DNA of 64,000 nt. Origin: Utricularia gibba (Eukaryota > Plantae > Magnoliophyta). The translations under genes were made by a program, and so were the position numbers. Under the pieces are notes generated by a model, which searched no databases, had not been told where the DNA came from, and was given only the letters and a program-made list of their open reading frames with translations. Within the stretch, counting starts at the first letter, position 1. Every line of letters begins with the position of its first letter. Below, piece after piece: positions 27,731 to 41,123 of the stretch. The stretch spans positions 5,766,001 through 5,830,000 of the forward strand of contig NEEC01000002.1 of assembly GCA_002189035.1 (NCBI GenBank), in the 5' to 3' direction.

Positions 27731-30700
27731 ATGAAGGGTAGCTATGTTAGCTATATTTACTGTTGCTCATTCTTGGATTTCGATGATCATTTTTTTTTTC
27801 CTAGAATGTGAAAATTTGAGGAATCTTTATTTTGTTTCAGTGATACTTTAGTTATGCAGAACCGTGGTCCATAAGGTTCAAAACAAATGGATTCTTGTTG
27901 TTGATCAAATTTTCTGCTTTAGTTGTGTGAGGGGCAATGGTGTACACTTTCAGCTACGGAATTTAGAATGTTTTTTGAACTAATTGCTAGGAAAATGCTT
28001 TGTGAAATCTTCAACTCCATTGGCCTAATATATAATGTTACTGAGTGGTAATTTCTTCTACTCCAAGTTATTGGTGGTTTATACAAAGGATTTAGCGTGA
28101 GTTTGGAAGCATTGGAAGTGCCTTGTGAAATGATAATAAAGAGGGAGCTGATGGTGACTTTCCTAATGGTGGTGCTTATTCTGAAATTTGATGAGGCACA
28201 TGGAGTAGCAACTCTAATGTTGGTACTATGTTTTAAAAATTTCTTATGCAGCTTTACTTGGGAAGGTTTTTCCACACTCAATGGCAGCACACTGCTGCCA
28301 GATGGATAGACTGTTAAGCAACAGGCATCGGAGGGATTGTTTTTCACCTTGTAGTCAGAACTCACATGCATATATAAAAGGGCAGTTGGCACGGGCTGAG
28401 ATCCCTAGAATGAAATTTCCTAATTTCCAAAAATTTAAGCTGGGAGTTGTTCATTGTAATGGTTTGTTCTAGACTCAAATTATTTCACATCATTCCTCTG
28501 TTTTCAATTTACTGACTCATTCACGTGTTGATTATCTCTTTAATCCATCCATGGGTTACTATACCAAGTTTCCCTACAGTTTATTGTATTGCCCTCCTCT
28601 TTGCAGTACTTAGAATGCATGATTATAAGGAAATTAAAGTTGTATTTTTTTTTTCTGTCTTCTCATTTCAGCTGCTCATTCAAGCGTCATCATTCCAGAT
28701 GTTGAGAAAAGCACTCTTCTGAAACTTCAGAATGGCAGGTGTGCGTTGCTAATTATTTCCTTCAAGTATTATGTGTTGTATATCATTCATTCTGCACCAG
28801 GGTTATCTTCCAGCGTTCTGCATTGTCTTTTTCTCACATTAGGCGCCTAGTATTTTTTGTTTCGAAACATATATGAGAATTCTGGTTATGTTTTGTTGGA
28901 GCAGTGATATTCGAGGTGTTGCTGTTGATGGTGTTGAGGGAGAACGTGTCAACCTCACTGAACTAATTACAGAAGCAATTTCTGCTGCTTTTGTGGCATG
29001 GCTAAAGGTGAAAAAAGCGCATTTTGAATCTAAACGAATGAAAGTTTCTGTAGGTCATGATTCAAGAATATCTGCTAACAAATTACAGGTGTGTAGTCAG
29101 TTCAGTTGCATGTGATACATGTTATTTTTTCTACCTCTTGCTGTAATTATTAACTTAATGAGGGTAGGCTGCAGTGGCTCGAGGTTTAGCTGGTGCTGAT
29201 GTTGATGTAATTCTGTATGGGTGAGAGAAGCTTCTTTATTTCATCCTGCAAGGTTCAAATGTGCCGGGAAAATTTAGTTTGCAACAACTTCTACTCATTT
29301 ACTCACTTAGAATTCAGAAATTATACGGAAAGACTCTAATATATGGCCTAAAATGAGTATTCTGAGGTAAAGTGATCCATTGGGCATTGCAAGATACCAG
29401 TGTTGAGTTAATAAGTCCTTTTTTGTAGATTGGCATCCACTCCTGCAATGTTCAACAGCACTCTCACTGAAAATGCTGACTTCTTCTGTCCTGTCGATGG
29501 ATCTATTATGATTACTGGTGATTATTTGATTCAATCCGTTTTCTTTGCGTTTTCCATTGTACATGTATTATTCCATTTGTATTAAGCCCCTTGGTTTCTA
29601 CACAAAAAAAGTTGGATTTCCTAACTTCTCCATTTCGTGAGTTGAACTTGTTAATGTAAATGTAGTTTTTCTTATGGTGAGATCTATAGGGGAATTATTG
29701 ATATTTAGGATAGTTATATTGTTTTGAACAGCGAGCCATCTTCCCTTCAATCGAAATGGGCTTAAATTCTTTACAAGCGATGGTGGACTTGGGAAGGCAG
29801 ATATCAAAGACATATTGGAACGTGCTTCTGATATATACAAGAGCTTCACAGATGATTATCTGAGGCATACAGAACGAAAAGCTATGGAGGCAGTGAAAAA
29901 AGTGGATTACATGGGTCTATACACTTCTTCTTTGGTTGCAGCAGTTCGAAAGGCTGCTGGAAATATAGGCATGTTCTTTTAGTAGAATATGCCTCTATAT
30001 GAGACTGCAATAATTAAGTCTTTTTGTGTAGTATTAAGCCGACTCATGCTTAATATGCCTCATGATCTTTCCTTGTGATCTGTCGCCCAAAAACTATTTT
30101 CTGCTTCTTTTTTCCATATGCAAGAACTATTATCATTCTACAGTGATGAGCTTTCTTTGCTGACATGATGTTCATGTTTCAGAGAAGCCATTGGAAGGGT
30201 TTCATATAGTTGTTGATGCCGGCAATGGAGCAGGGGGGTTTTTTGCTGTAAGCTTGACACTGCATTTGAATGTCTCTTTAGTTTATTCCTGTTTTAGTTT
30301 CTCTAAAATATGCTTTGTTATGATAAAAGCACCTGCATTTGAATATCTTTGCATCTGGGAGATGCTAATGGTGATGAGTTTTCTTACACCTGTGTTAATT
30401 ATGTATCAGGGAAAGGTACTTGAGCCTCTCGGGGCTATTACTTCCGGCAGTCAGTTCTTGGATCCTGATGGTAGCATAAACTCTACAGGCTTTTATGAAG
30501 ATCTATTCGTTGTAGATGTTCCGATCCAACACCGCAAACTTTTCAGGACTTTTTCCCAATCATATCCCGAATCCAGAAGATAAGGAAGCCATGAGGTCTA
30601 TTACTCAGGCTGTACTTGACAACAATGCAGATTTGGGCATCATTTTTGATACAGATGTTGATAGGTGAGAATGCGGGGAAGTTTATGTATGGTTATATGC

Positions 30701-32189
30701 CAATCACTCAGCTCATTTCGTTCCAAATTGCCCCCCTCATTAGATCTGCTGCGGTGGATTCAAGTGGCAAAGAGTTCAACAGGAATCGGTTGATAGCCCT
30801 TATGTCTGCTATTGTCTTAGAGGAAGTATAATACAGTTATATGCATTTTAGAAAAAAAATGTCAGTTTGGTGCCTTCCTGATTTCAGTTCTTACATTCAG
30901 CACCCTGGAACCACTATCGTCACAGATAGTGTGACTTCAGATGGATTGACTTCATTTATTGAAAAGAAGCTTGGTAAGCTCGGTAGCATAGATACGTTCT
31001 GAGAGTGAACTTGCTTACGGACCATTTTACTGCAGGTGGAAGGCACCACAGGTTCAAGAGAGGGTATAAGAATGTGATAGATGAAGCTATTCGTCTGGTA
31101 TTTCTTGTTTATGAAAGACTAGTTATGAACCTAGTTCGTTTTCTTAACTAATTTTTGAAACTGCGGCCAATTGACCTATTTTGCTGGTTTAACAGCCTGT
31201 TATGTTTCTTTTTTCTGAGTTTGAGGCGAAATTCAGCTATCTACATGTTTGATATATGTTGCAGAACGCTGTTGGTGACGAATCACACTTGGCAATTGAA
31301 ACCAGTGGCCATGGGGCGCTCAAAGAGAATCACTGGCTTGATGATGGTGCCTATCTTATGGTACCGTTCTTTGTGCGCCAGACTTACTTTCCCTTCATTT
31401 CCGTAGTTATTGTTTCTGCAATTATCATGCATCATTTCGTTGATCAGGAAGTGAAATGTGTGGATGTCCTGAATGTTTAACCATTTCATAGGTCAAGGTT
31501 TTGAACAAACTTGCTTCAGTCAAGGCGTCTGGTTCTAGCAATGGCAGCAGGGTTCTGACTGACCTGGTAGATGGCCTAGAGGAACCGGGTTTTGCCAATG
31601 AACTCAGACTCAAAATTGATCAGACCCATCCAGATCTTAAAGAACGGTAACATTTTCTAAAGCTTCCACCTTCTCCCTGAAATCCTGCACACCAAAGTCA
31701 CTATGCTGCCTTCCTTCTTCAGGGCATTTGCCTCTTTCCGTGATTATGGAGAGGCCATTCTTCAGCACTTAACAACTGCAGTTGATTCAGACCCAAGACT
31801 CCAGAAAGCCCCTGTGAACTATGAAGGGGTTAAATACGATACTCTTCACATCATATCCATCTCCTAAACTGCTTTCTGACCCCATGATAACCAAGTTTCT
31901 GGTTTCTCAACAACAGATAAGGGTGTCTGGCTACGGCGGGTGGTTCCTCCTGAGGCTCTCCCTTCACGATCCTGTTTTACCCCTTAATATAGAGGTTGAC
32001 ATTTTACTGATACCCGAGCTCCTTTGATTCTCTTCTGTGAAGACACCTGAGTTATTCTGGCAAACAAAATCTTTCCTGCAGGCACCAAACCGGGAGGATG
32101 CTGTGCAGCTTGGCCTTGCCGTCCTCTCCGCCGTGAAAGGATTCCCAGCTCTTGATACCACCTCTTTGGAGAAGTTTGTCCAAGCTTAA
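27731..32189 (+). CDS. Phosphoglucomutase/phosphomannomutase (alpha-D-phosphohexomutase, AlgC-like) family protein with N-terminal transit-like extension
   Basis: Multi-exon. Motifs FLKLQNG|SDIRGVA, VGHDSRIS, catalytic-Ser loop IMIT|ASHLPFNRNGLKFF, metal loop FDTDVDR, IETSGHGALKEN; ends LEKFVQA*. The first micro-exon (ATGAAGG) is tentative. Confidence 0.9.
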
Positions 32190-33265
32190 CGGAGCACAAC
32201 TTCAACATGCCATGAGCTGCATCACTGCGGGTGGCATGTCGGGATAGTATCCAATGCATGCAATAATTGAATAAATACCCTGAACTGGGTTTTTTTTTTT
32301 TTTTTTTTTTTTTGTATCCGTTGATCAAAAATCGGTGAAGGTGACATGGGTTAGTCTATGATTTTAGATCATTGGTTTTTTATTTGAAATTAATATCAAA
32401 TTATGAGGTTGCTTAGAACATTTTTTTGGTTTTAAAAAAATATCTCAAAATCAATTTAAAATGTAATGTGAGGAGGTTAATGACAGAATCGTATATTAAT
32501 TATGAATTGAGACAGATGTGTGCTTGAATATAGAGATTATTTTAATTTTGCATGATCCATTTTCTTTGGAATGATATAATATAAAAATATGAGATTTGAA
32601 TACCTAAAATAGGCAATATCAATATCAAAGTTAAACCCAAGTATGTATCAATGATGGAATGAGAGGGCATTCAATAGTAGTATTAGTATCTAAGAAAAAC
32701 TGAATATAATGTCAATGAACTAATAATAATATTTCACATTGGTGACAAACAAAAATCAGAATATACTTTAAATAGAAGAACATTCTTAATCTTGTACAAG
32801 TCATTTTTTTTTTCAAAAAAAAGAAGTAAAACTATAAGGATTGATTGTCCAAAATAGTTAATATCATGTAAAATAAATATGATTTGTTATATTTTTATTA
32901 AATATGAAAGGTTTGTTTTTAAAAATATTAAAAATTTAGAAAATATTTATTTTTCTAATAAAAGCAATATTTCATAAACAAGTTTTTTTTTATAAAATAC
33001 GAACAATTTATATATTTAAAAAATATATATTTAGATGTATTTTTATTTTTAAAAACTATTCCGAGGTGTCCACGTCTGCAATTCGAGCCCCTCGAGCAAT
33101 TGGGCAATTTTCAAAATTCCACTCCCTGGCGGTTGACGCCTTGCTCCGGTACTCGTTCATCTCTGTTGCTTCCGCATAGGCTTCCGGACAATGCTTGTTT
33201 CCAGATTTCATAGCAGCCCCGACTCTGAGTTCTGAATTGGAGGGGATTCGAGTTAGGGTAAGAGA

Positions 33266-36093
33266 ATGTCTTGGAGGCGGGTGCTGTTAGTGTCTTCTTC
33301 CTCAGACGAAGAACTATCGCAGCGTCAGGAAGAAGATGAAGAAAATGCAGACATTACGGAGCATTTAGGTGCGGATTTGGAGCCAATGACTCTGGATTCA
33401 TCGAATCTTGCACCAAACGCCAACTTATGCACCACACCTCGAAATGGGAATGGCCACGCTGAGCCGATTCTTCTTGATGTCTCGGATGAAGAGGAGCATG
33501 TTACGGACCTGGAAGTGATGGAGGACAGCGGTATTTCTAGTAGGGTTTTCGCGGTTTCGGAGTCACCGGTTAGTGGGGTTCTTGAAAAAATGGGGCTGAG
33601 GTTGAGGAGGGAATGGCTTAATTCTTGTTTGAATGAGCTGGAGTCATCTGTGCGCGGGGTTCAAGGGATGAATAATGAGATGAAGGCAAAGCTTTGTTTT
33701 GCCAACTTCTTAAACTCCGACATGAACTACTGTGGAGCAGGAGTGCTTCCTCCCAACGTCAGTGGCTTACATATGATTGACCTCAAGGGGCCTTTTGTCT
33801 TGCAGGTAACACAAGGAGCGCTCTTTTCCATGTATTTTGTTTTCCTCCAAAAGCTGCGAATCTGTTCTGTGTTCTGGAGGTTTTGTTGCAATTTCTCACA
33901 AAGTCGAGTTGGTAAAATTGGGATAATCACTTGACTTAGTGGTACATTACGGTTTGAAGTACTTCGCGTGGACTGCTGCAAGAGTTTGAATTTTCTAACT
34001 ATTTTTCCTGTCACCACTTTGCAGGTTGATGAAGTAGTTAACATTAGTTGTCCTCTGCGTGGAAGGTACCAAAAGGCCGCTGCAGGAGTCAAGAGATGTC
34101 TTAAGTTGTCTATGACTGATGGCGTGCAGCGTGTGTTTGGTATAGAATACAGGCCAATCAAGGATCTTGAAGTACTAGCACCTTCTGGTTTGAAGGTTTC
34201 TTTTGTATTTCAAGTTACAATAGCATGTTGGTTGTTCATTGTGCGGCACTTGATAGGGTAGTAATGGGTACCTCTTGCAGGTTGCTGTGTGTAATGTGCA
34301 CATTAGGCATGGCCTCCTGATGTTAGTCCCTGAAGTCCTTGAAGTTTTAGGAGGCGTTGTTGAGGAGTTAGAAGCTGCTAGAACAAGGGTTGCTAATGAA
34401 GTTAACAAGCCACCAAGGGGAAGAAGGTTTAAAGATGTGTTGTCAAGATCATTGCTTGAATTTTCTGGCCATCCTTGGTAACTTGTTGCCCTTTAGACCA
34501 TATTTAGTGCTAAGCATGGCCATATTTTCTTATCCTAGGAATAGCACAAGCATTGCTCCTCTGTCTACACGAGCAACTCTTGCCGCATGGCCACCAAGCC
34601 ATGTATCCAACAACACCACACCCGGGATGTCACCTCCACGTGCAAACGGGCAAGGTATTTGTATGATTAGGTATTGCAGATTCAGATACCAGATAGGAAG
34701 CTTCTCTTCTGTACACTTTACTTCTTTGTTCTCAATATTTTTTTTTTCATTCAAGCTCCACAGAAAATCCAGTCCGTGGCTCAGTCGATGCAATGCATGA
34801 ACAGGCCTCTACTGCAGGTTATAATAGCACAGACCGTAAGACATCATCTATACCTGGGTCGCATGGACGTGGTGACATTCATAGGTTTAATGATTTCACG
34901 CAAGGTAACTCTTCTCAAGGTTTTCCCATTTAGCCAGCGTGAATTCATGTGTTTTGATTTATATGTTTTGCATGATCTGCAGGAAGTACTTCTGTTGCTC
35001 CTGCTGTTTATTCATCTAGAATTGATGTTGGAGTTCTTCCCAACCCCAACAATGATGAGCCCACTGTGAGTTTCCCCTTTCAGTCAATTTCCTCCATTTC
35101 GCATCCTACGGCAGCAACTCCAGGGGCAGGATCAACCAGTTATGGTATTTGATTTGAATATTAAGTTTCACGCTCAAGAAATTGCACGTGGTCTAACTTT
35201 CTGTACCGTATGATCATTTGCATGTTGGCCTCTGCAGTCGCCATGCAATCTGATGAAATAGGTGGAGGCCATAATGAAACGTTGGATGTTCCCATGGCCA
35301 CTGAGGAGATTTCTATGGCTTCAGAGTTGAAGCGGGACTTTTTACTTGCCAGAGATAACGAAGCTCCCTTCATCTACTTGGATAGTTTATCCGCCAAGTT
35401 TGAAACTGCTGAAAACAAATCTCGTCCTGTACGGGGCATGATAAAGGTATAATTTTTGAATAGCATTGTTACCTTTATTTTTGTTGAAAACAAATCTCTC
35501 CCATTGGAAAAAGGCTGATGATTTCTGTTCTGGGTTCATGACATATTGCTATTGCAGTGTTTTCTAACTAGTGTGAAAGGGTTCCAATATAAACAAAGAG
35601 ATAGATATGAGCTCCGGGTTCATGTTGATGATGGCAGCCTCATATCTGAGATCCTGGTTGATAACAAGGTGTGTAGTGTGATCTTCAGAAACTCATCATA
35701 CAGTTTATTAATTGTTTTCATCACACAGATCGTACAGGATGGAATAGGTTGTTCTCCTCAGGAGGTTACAAATGCTCTTGCATCTCCAGACCCCAAACGG
35801 GTGGCTGAGATGAAGGAGACATTAAAACATTTCCAGACATTCTTAATGAATTTCGAGGTACGTTTTGGTTCATCTCGAGCATAACAGGCATCTCGAAAAC
35901 TTCTTGCATTGTATGAGCATCAGGGTTCTTGTGTTGCATCAATGGTGAACATGCCTTTTTTGAACAGGGAACAATGCTTGTGGAGATGAACAACTCCTCC
36001 CCTCTTCCAATAGCAGTTGAAATGAAACAGGGCTTTTCAGCACCTGATACATGGCTTCTCCTCAGGAGGCTCAACGCCTTCCTGCGTAAATGA
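33266..36093 (+). CDS. RMI1: RecQ-mediated genome instability protein 1
   Basis: DUF1767/OB-fold sequence GLRLRREWLNSCL...GVLP...GPFVLQ|VDEVVNIS...RCLKLSMTDGVQRVFGIEYRPI; C-terminal OB fold YELRVHVDDGSLISEILVD; ends LLRRLNAFLRK*. Confidence 0.9.
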
Positions 36094-36099
36094 ACAAAA

Positions 36100-36480
36100 T
36101 CTTTCTTGTAGGCATTTTACTGATACCCGATCACGTTTTCTCCCTTAACATAGAGGTGACATGGCGCTCCTTTGATCCATCTTCTGCAAGGAAACCTACT
36201 GTGAAGCTTGCTTGGCCTTGCCGTGCTTTCTGCCGTGAAAGGGTTCCCAGCTCTTGATACCAGCCCTTTGGAGAAGCCTGTCCAAGCCTAACGAGGCACG
36301 AGCTCAACATACCATGAGCTGGATCAGTACGGGTCGCAGGTAGGGAGATAGCATCCAATGCATTGCAATAATGATAAATACCCTGAACTAGGCAGTTTTC
36401 CTTTTTGTTATTGTATCCCTTGATCACAAAATCGGTTGTGACAAAATGGGTTAGTCTACGATTTTAGATTAAAACATTTT
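36100..36480 (+). pseudogene. Rearranged duplicate of the last exons and 3' UTR of the PGM-like gene
   Basis: Aligns with about 31965-32400, e.g. CTTGGCCTTGCCGT..GTGAAAGG.TTCCCAGCTCTTGATACCA..CTTTGGAGAAG and TCCAATGCAT..AAATACCCTGAACT. Confidence 0.85.
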
Positions 36481-36919
36481 TAATTAATGTATTTTTAAAG
36501 TGTATAAAAAATAAATAATGCAACTTTTTAATTAATTATTGAAACATGTATTTAAGAAATTTAATAATTTCTAATGTTAATATCAAAATCTAAATTCTGA
36601 TTTAATTATATAGGCAAAAAATTAGAATTTATATAAATTAAACGATATTACTTCATGAAATTAATGAAACTGAATAGGTTTATTTCTAATTTTTTTAATT
36701 ATATTTTATATGTAGAAGTACATCATCATAAAAAAATTATTAAATTCATATTTATGTAAATGAATATCATGTTATATATGCTTGAAGTAAATCTGAAAAT
36801 TCAAATAAAATGATATTCAGATGTATTATGGATGCAAACTTTCTAATTTTAATGAAGTTTGAAACCACAAAATGTTTTTTAATGTTATTTTCTGGTGAAT
36901 GAAAGGACGCAATTGCCCT

Positions 36920-37050
36920 TATCCGTAGGTATCCACGTCTGCAATTCCGAGCCTCTCCTCGAGCAGTTTCATAATTCCACTCCCTTGCGGTTGACACCTT
37001 TCTCCGGTACTCGTTCATTTTTCTGTTGTTTCCAGATTTCATTGCCAGAA
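36920..37050 (+). repeat. Duplicate of the RMI1 core promoter/5' leader (33060-33210), now upstream of the RF2-like gene
   Basis: Shared blocks TCCACGTCTGCAATT, CTCGAGCA, ATTCCACTCCCT.GCGGTTGAC.CCTT.CTCCGGTACTCGTTCAT and TTCCAGATTTCAT. Confidence 0.85.
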
Positions 37051-37455
37051 TGCTAATTTTTCTGTTGAAGAAGCCTTTATTTAGGAAATCGACACTGTGA
37101 CTGATCCCTTGAAAGTGTGGCGTATTTTCTTTCTTATTGAATTCCGATGTCATATTCCTTAGGATAGTTAGGGGGGATTTTCTTTTGAAGGGTTGCCCTG
37201 TTATGGTGTTTTTATGTTTGGCGTATTCAAGGTTTTGAATTTTGGCTTTACGTATTACTAGCAAATGATTTGGTGCTGGTATGTATCGCATCTTACCTTT
37301 ATGGTGGTTTGATGTTAAGAGAAGGATCATTTTTTTTTCTTTTTCTTTTTCTTGAAGGATTTCAACTCAGCGTGGAGATACAGATGAGTTCATCATTGCT
37401 GCTATAATTTTATACGTGAAAATTGTTACAGTTAGTGTCATTAGGTAGGTGGAAG

Positions 37456-38612
37456 ATGTCTCTAGCCACAAGCATTGCAAGTTCAGTCACTTCACTGCCC
37501 CTAGGTGCGTAGTTGTGTACATTTATTTTAGCGAGTTTCATGGCTGTAGAGGTTGCTTGTGTTTATCTTCGTGTTTGAACTGTTTAGTATTCTTAAAATC
37601 ATTGTTTATCATGTGAAATAGTTTTCTTTCTTAAGCTATAAACCTGCGTAGCTGGATAGGAACCTCAGATGGGACTTCAGTCAGTGTGATGTTGCAACAT
37701 CTTGATAGTATAACCGAATTGCATTTCTCATTTGTGCGGGTACTTTTCTATTACTCACTAGTCCCAGAACCATAAACGAGCATTGTATGAAAATTTGATT
37801 GAAAAAGTGTAATCACACACGCTTAGTTCTCTTTGTTTATCTATTTCTCACAGCTCATTCAGAAGGGCAGTGTTTGAAGCTTAAGAAAAATGTTTCGCCT
37901 CGGGCAGCTTTTGGCAAACAATTAAGCTTGAAGTTTCATCAGTTAGAGAGAGGAGTCAGTATGAATGGTGTTTCTAGATCAAAGTATTCTTCTGTAACAT
38001 GCAGTGCAGCCCTGGTAATTTTTGCTCCACATAAGAAATTTAGAATTTTCAGTTCTGATGTCCTGCCATCATCTTTTGTGCATGTTACTTTTGTGCTGCC
38101 ATCGTCGTTGGAAACACCCTTGCTCTTCATTAAGCTGATTTTTGGGATATTCTCATGCACTCAGATCTATTTTTTTCCTCTGTAGAACGCCAGATGTGGT
38201 GCTGAGCAGACCCAAACAGTAACAAGGCAATCATCAACTATAACAGTTGCACCTGGTAAATCACAATTTTCTTCGTCCTTGGTTATAAAATTCATTTGAT
38301 GTGAAGAAACAAGGCACATGAGGTTGTTGAATCTTTAGGTACATTGGATACTTCAAACTTTAGATGGGATTCAGGAAGAATGTATCCTCAAATTATAACA
38401 AACTTAATCGGAAGCTTGTTTCAGGGAAAGAAAAGTCTCCAGAGCTGGATGATGGTGGAACCGGATTTCCACCACGCGATGATGGTGATGGCGGAGGCGG
38501 GGGAGGTGGCGGTGGTGGCCACTGGTCTGGAGGCTTCTTCTTCTTCGGCTTTCTTGCGTTCCTTGGTTTCCTCAAGGATAAAGAGGGGGAGGGTCGGTAT
38601 GCAGATGAATGA
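37456..38612 (+). CDS. Organelle-targeted glycine-rich protein (rice Rf2-like family)
   Basis: Four exons. Transit-like MSLATSIASSVTSLPL...; NARCGAEQTQTVTRQSSTITVAP|GKEKSPELDDGGTGFPPRDDGDGGGGGGGGGHWSGGFFFFGFLAFLGFLKDKE. Confidence 0.75.
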
Positions 38613-39053
38613 TCAGACCTTGAGTTGGAGCCGTGAGGAGAAGGGAAGCTATTGTATTGCATTAATCCTTCAACTAGATTTTGTTGCTTCATTGAACGGG
38701 TTTTGTTCTTATTTTGAACCCCCAAATACTTCATCCTCTTCATCTCAACATATAGATCTTGAACCCAGGGAGTAAAAGTCCATATCTTGACCACTGACCA
38801 CGGTAACTTGTTACACAACGACTTGGCTGTTTTACTGGGGCATCTGATTGCTCTCTGTTAACTAACTCTTCCGCATCTGCTGGTAAGATCCCATACTTCA
38901 GACTCCAGCATGCGTGCTGTCGTTGACTCCATTGCAGCTATTTATCAGAGTTCTTTTCTGATAGGTTTGCGAAGTTTCCATCTTGGGTTTCGTTTGATCG
39001 AGAAAGCCGAAGAAACCTACTTTCTTGACTTCTGGCGCTACCAGATCGCTAAA

Positions 39054-40514
39054 ATGGATTCCGAAACCGTACCAGTGTTGACCTCGATTGATAAAGTATC
39101 CGAATCTGTGATTCTCGAAGAAGAAGACCATTGTGATGCGGCTCTTCTATCGCCAGTTTCGGACTCTTCCTCTCCTGATTCCATCAAAAAATCTGCATCC
39201 ACCACTGGTGCGTTCATGTGCCTCGTTCTCACTACATGCATTGCTCTGTCTGCAGCCGCTGCCTTTGCGTTCTTGTTTTTCTATACTTCATCGGCGAATT
39301 CGAGGCATGGGAGAGAAGTATCGAGACCACTGAAGAAGCTGAAAAGCCCAGTTGTTATACTGATTTCTTCTGATGGCTTTAGATTTGGGTACCAATTCAA
39401 GGCGAATATGCCGAATTTAGAGAGGCTAATCAAGAACGGGACTGAAGCTGAGATGGGCTTGATTCCCGTATTTCCAACTCTAACTTTCCCGAATCATTAC
39501 TCTGTTGCCACAGGCTTATACCCAGCTTACCATGGGATAATCAATAACTTCTTCTCTGATCCAGAAACGGGTGATTTCTTCACAACATCTAACCATGAAC
39601 CGAAATGGTGGCTTGGTGAACCCTTGTGGGAAACAGTGGTGAACAACGGGTTGAAAGCTATGCCATACTTTTGGCCCGGTTCTGAGGTAAAGAAAGGATC
39701 CTGGAATTGCCCTGAGAAGTATTGCATGTCTTACAATAGCTCTGTGCCTTTTGAAGATAGAGTTGAGACTGTTCTTGGGTATTTTGATTTGCCGAATGAT
39801 GAGATTCCTTCTTTTATATCATTGTACTTTGAAGATCCTGATCATCAAGGGCACAGAGTTGGGCCAGATGATCCTCAGATCACTGAGGCAATTATCAGAG
39901 TGGACGATATGCTCGGAAAGTTAATCAAAGGCTTAGAAGCGAGACAAGTCTTTGAGGATGTGAGTATCATTTTGGTTGGTGATCATGGAATGGTTGGCAC
40001 CTGTGACAAGAAGTTGATCTTCATAGATGATCTTTCAAAATGGATCGACATCAAGAGTGATTGGATTAATTCGTATTCACCGGTGCTCGCCATTCGTCCT
40101 CCATCCAACTTTTCGCTCAAGGAAGTTGTGAACAAGATGAATGAGGGGCTGAAGTATGTGGATAATGGTCAGCACTTGAAAGTGTACCTAAGGGATGATC
40201 TTCCAAGCCGGCTTCACTATTCCTCCGGTGATCGGATTCCGCCGATCATAGGATTGCCTGAAGAAGGATACAAGGTTGAGCAAACTAGAGGCAAAAATCA
40301 GGAATGTGGAGGATCACATGGATATGACAACGCATTTTTTTCCATGAGATCAATTTTTGTTGCTCATGGGCCTCGGTTTCGGAAGGGGTTCAAGATCCCT
40401 TCTTTTGAGAACATTGAGATATACAACGTAGTTATAGCCATCCTCAACATCCATGGAGCTCCTAATAATGGGAGTTCATCATTTTCAGAGAACATTCTTT
40501 TGCCTATTCACTGA
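39054..40514 (+). CDS. Ectonucleotide pyrophosphatase/phosphodiesterase (NPP, alkaline-phosphatase superfamily), type II membrane, intronless
   Basis: Motifs VILISSDGFR, catalytic PVFPTLTFPNHYSVATG, DPDHQGH, GDHG and GSHGYDN; N-terminal TM helix. Likely start is MDSETV at 39054. Confidence 0.93.
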   Translation: MDSETVPVLTSIDKVSESVILEEEDHCDAALLSPVSDSSSPDSIKKSASTTGAFMCLVLTTCIALSAAAAFAFLFFYTSSANSRHGREVSRPLKKLKSPVVILISSDGFRFGYQFKANMPNLERLIKNGTEAEMGLIPVFPTLTFPNHYSVATGLYPAYHGIINNFFSDPETGDFFTTSNHEPKWWLGEPLWETVVNNGLKAMPYFWPGSEVKKGSWNCPEKYCMSYNSSVPFEDRVETVLGYFDLPNDEIPSFISLYFEDPDHQGHRVGPDDPQITEAIIRVDDMLGKLIKGLEARQVFEDVSIILVGDHGMVGTCDKKLIFIDDLSKWIDIKSDWINSYSPVLAIRPPSNFSLKEVVNKMNEGLKYVDNGQHLKVYLRDDLPSRLHYSSGDRIPPIIGLPEEGYKVEQTRGKNQECGGSHGYDNAFFSMRSIFVAHGPRFRKGFKIPSFENIEIYNVVIAILNIHGAPNNGSSSFSENILLPIH

Positions 40515-41123
40515 ACATGATCTCTAGTGTTCCTAAGATGGGTTGTTGATTCATAGTACAGGAAAGCTGAGTTCTTTCTTTACCTATTGTGATGGTACTT
40601 GACTTCCTTGTTGCGGATTGATAGACAGAATCTCTTAAGAGTGAGTAAGAGCAGTGCGCATGAATACATTCTGTTTGCTCATGTTTCCTGCACTGTCAAC
40701 AAATACGCAGAACAAGTGCCACCATTGAAGCGTAAAATAATGCATATGTTTCGAATTGGGGAGGACGGAGAAGCCAGAAATGGTTGGCCCAGCTTCTGTA
40801 GACAGCTACAAGTGTATATCCTCCGTGATGACAAGTTTATGGTTGACATTCGCCCACATATCCATATTCCTGAGTTGCTTTAATTCCAACATTTCTACTC
40901 GCGTTTTGCGTAGTCCTGAGATGAATTGGTAAATTGTATCAGGAAAAAAGATGTGGCCTGGGGTGTCGCTTTTCCAGTCCAACGTTTCTTTGCAACTTGA
41001 GCTTCCCCTGTGTTGGTTTTTGACTCCCCAATTTCGTGTGACTAGCACAGCATCTTCTATTTGAAGTTGTACGGGTACCTGATCAAAAGGGCCGGTAGTG
41101 GATAAGAATTGATCGGAGTTGAA

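Noticed and set aside
38910-39053. 48-codon N-terminal extension of NPP
   Set aside because: The extension is unlike NPP N-termini and begins within about 300 bp of the upstream gene's stop. The ATG at 39054 has a better context (AAAATGG).
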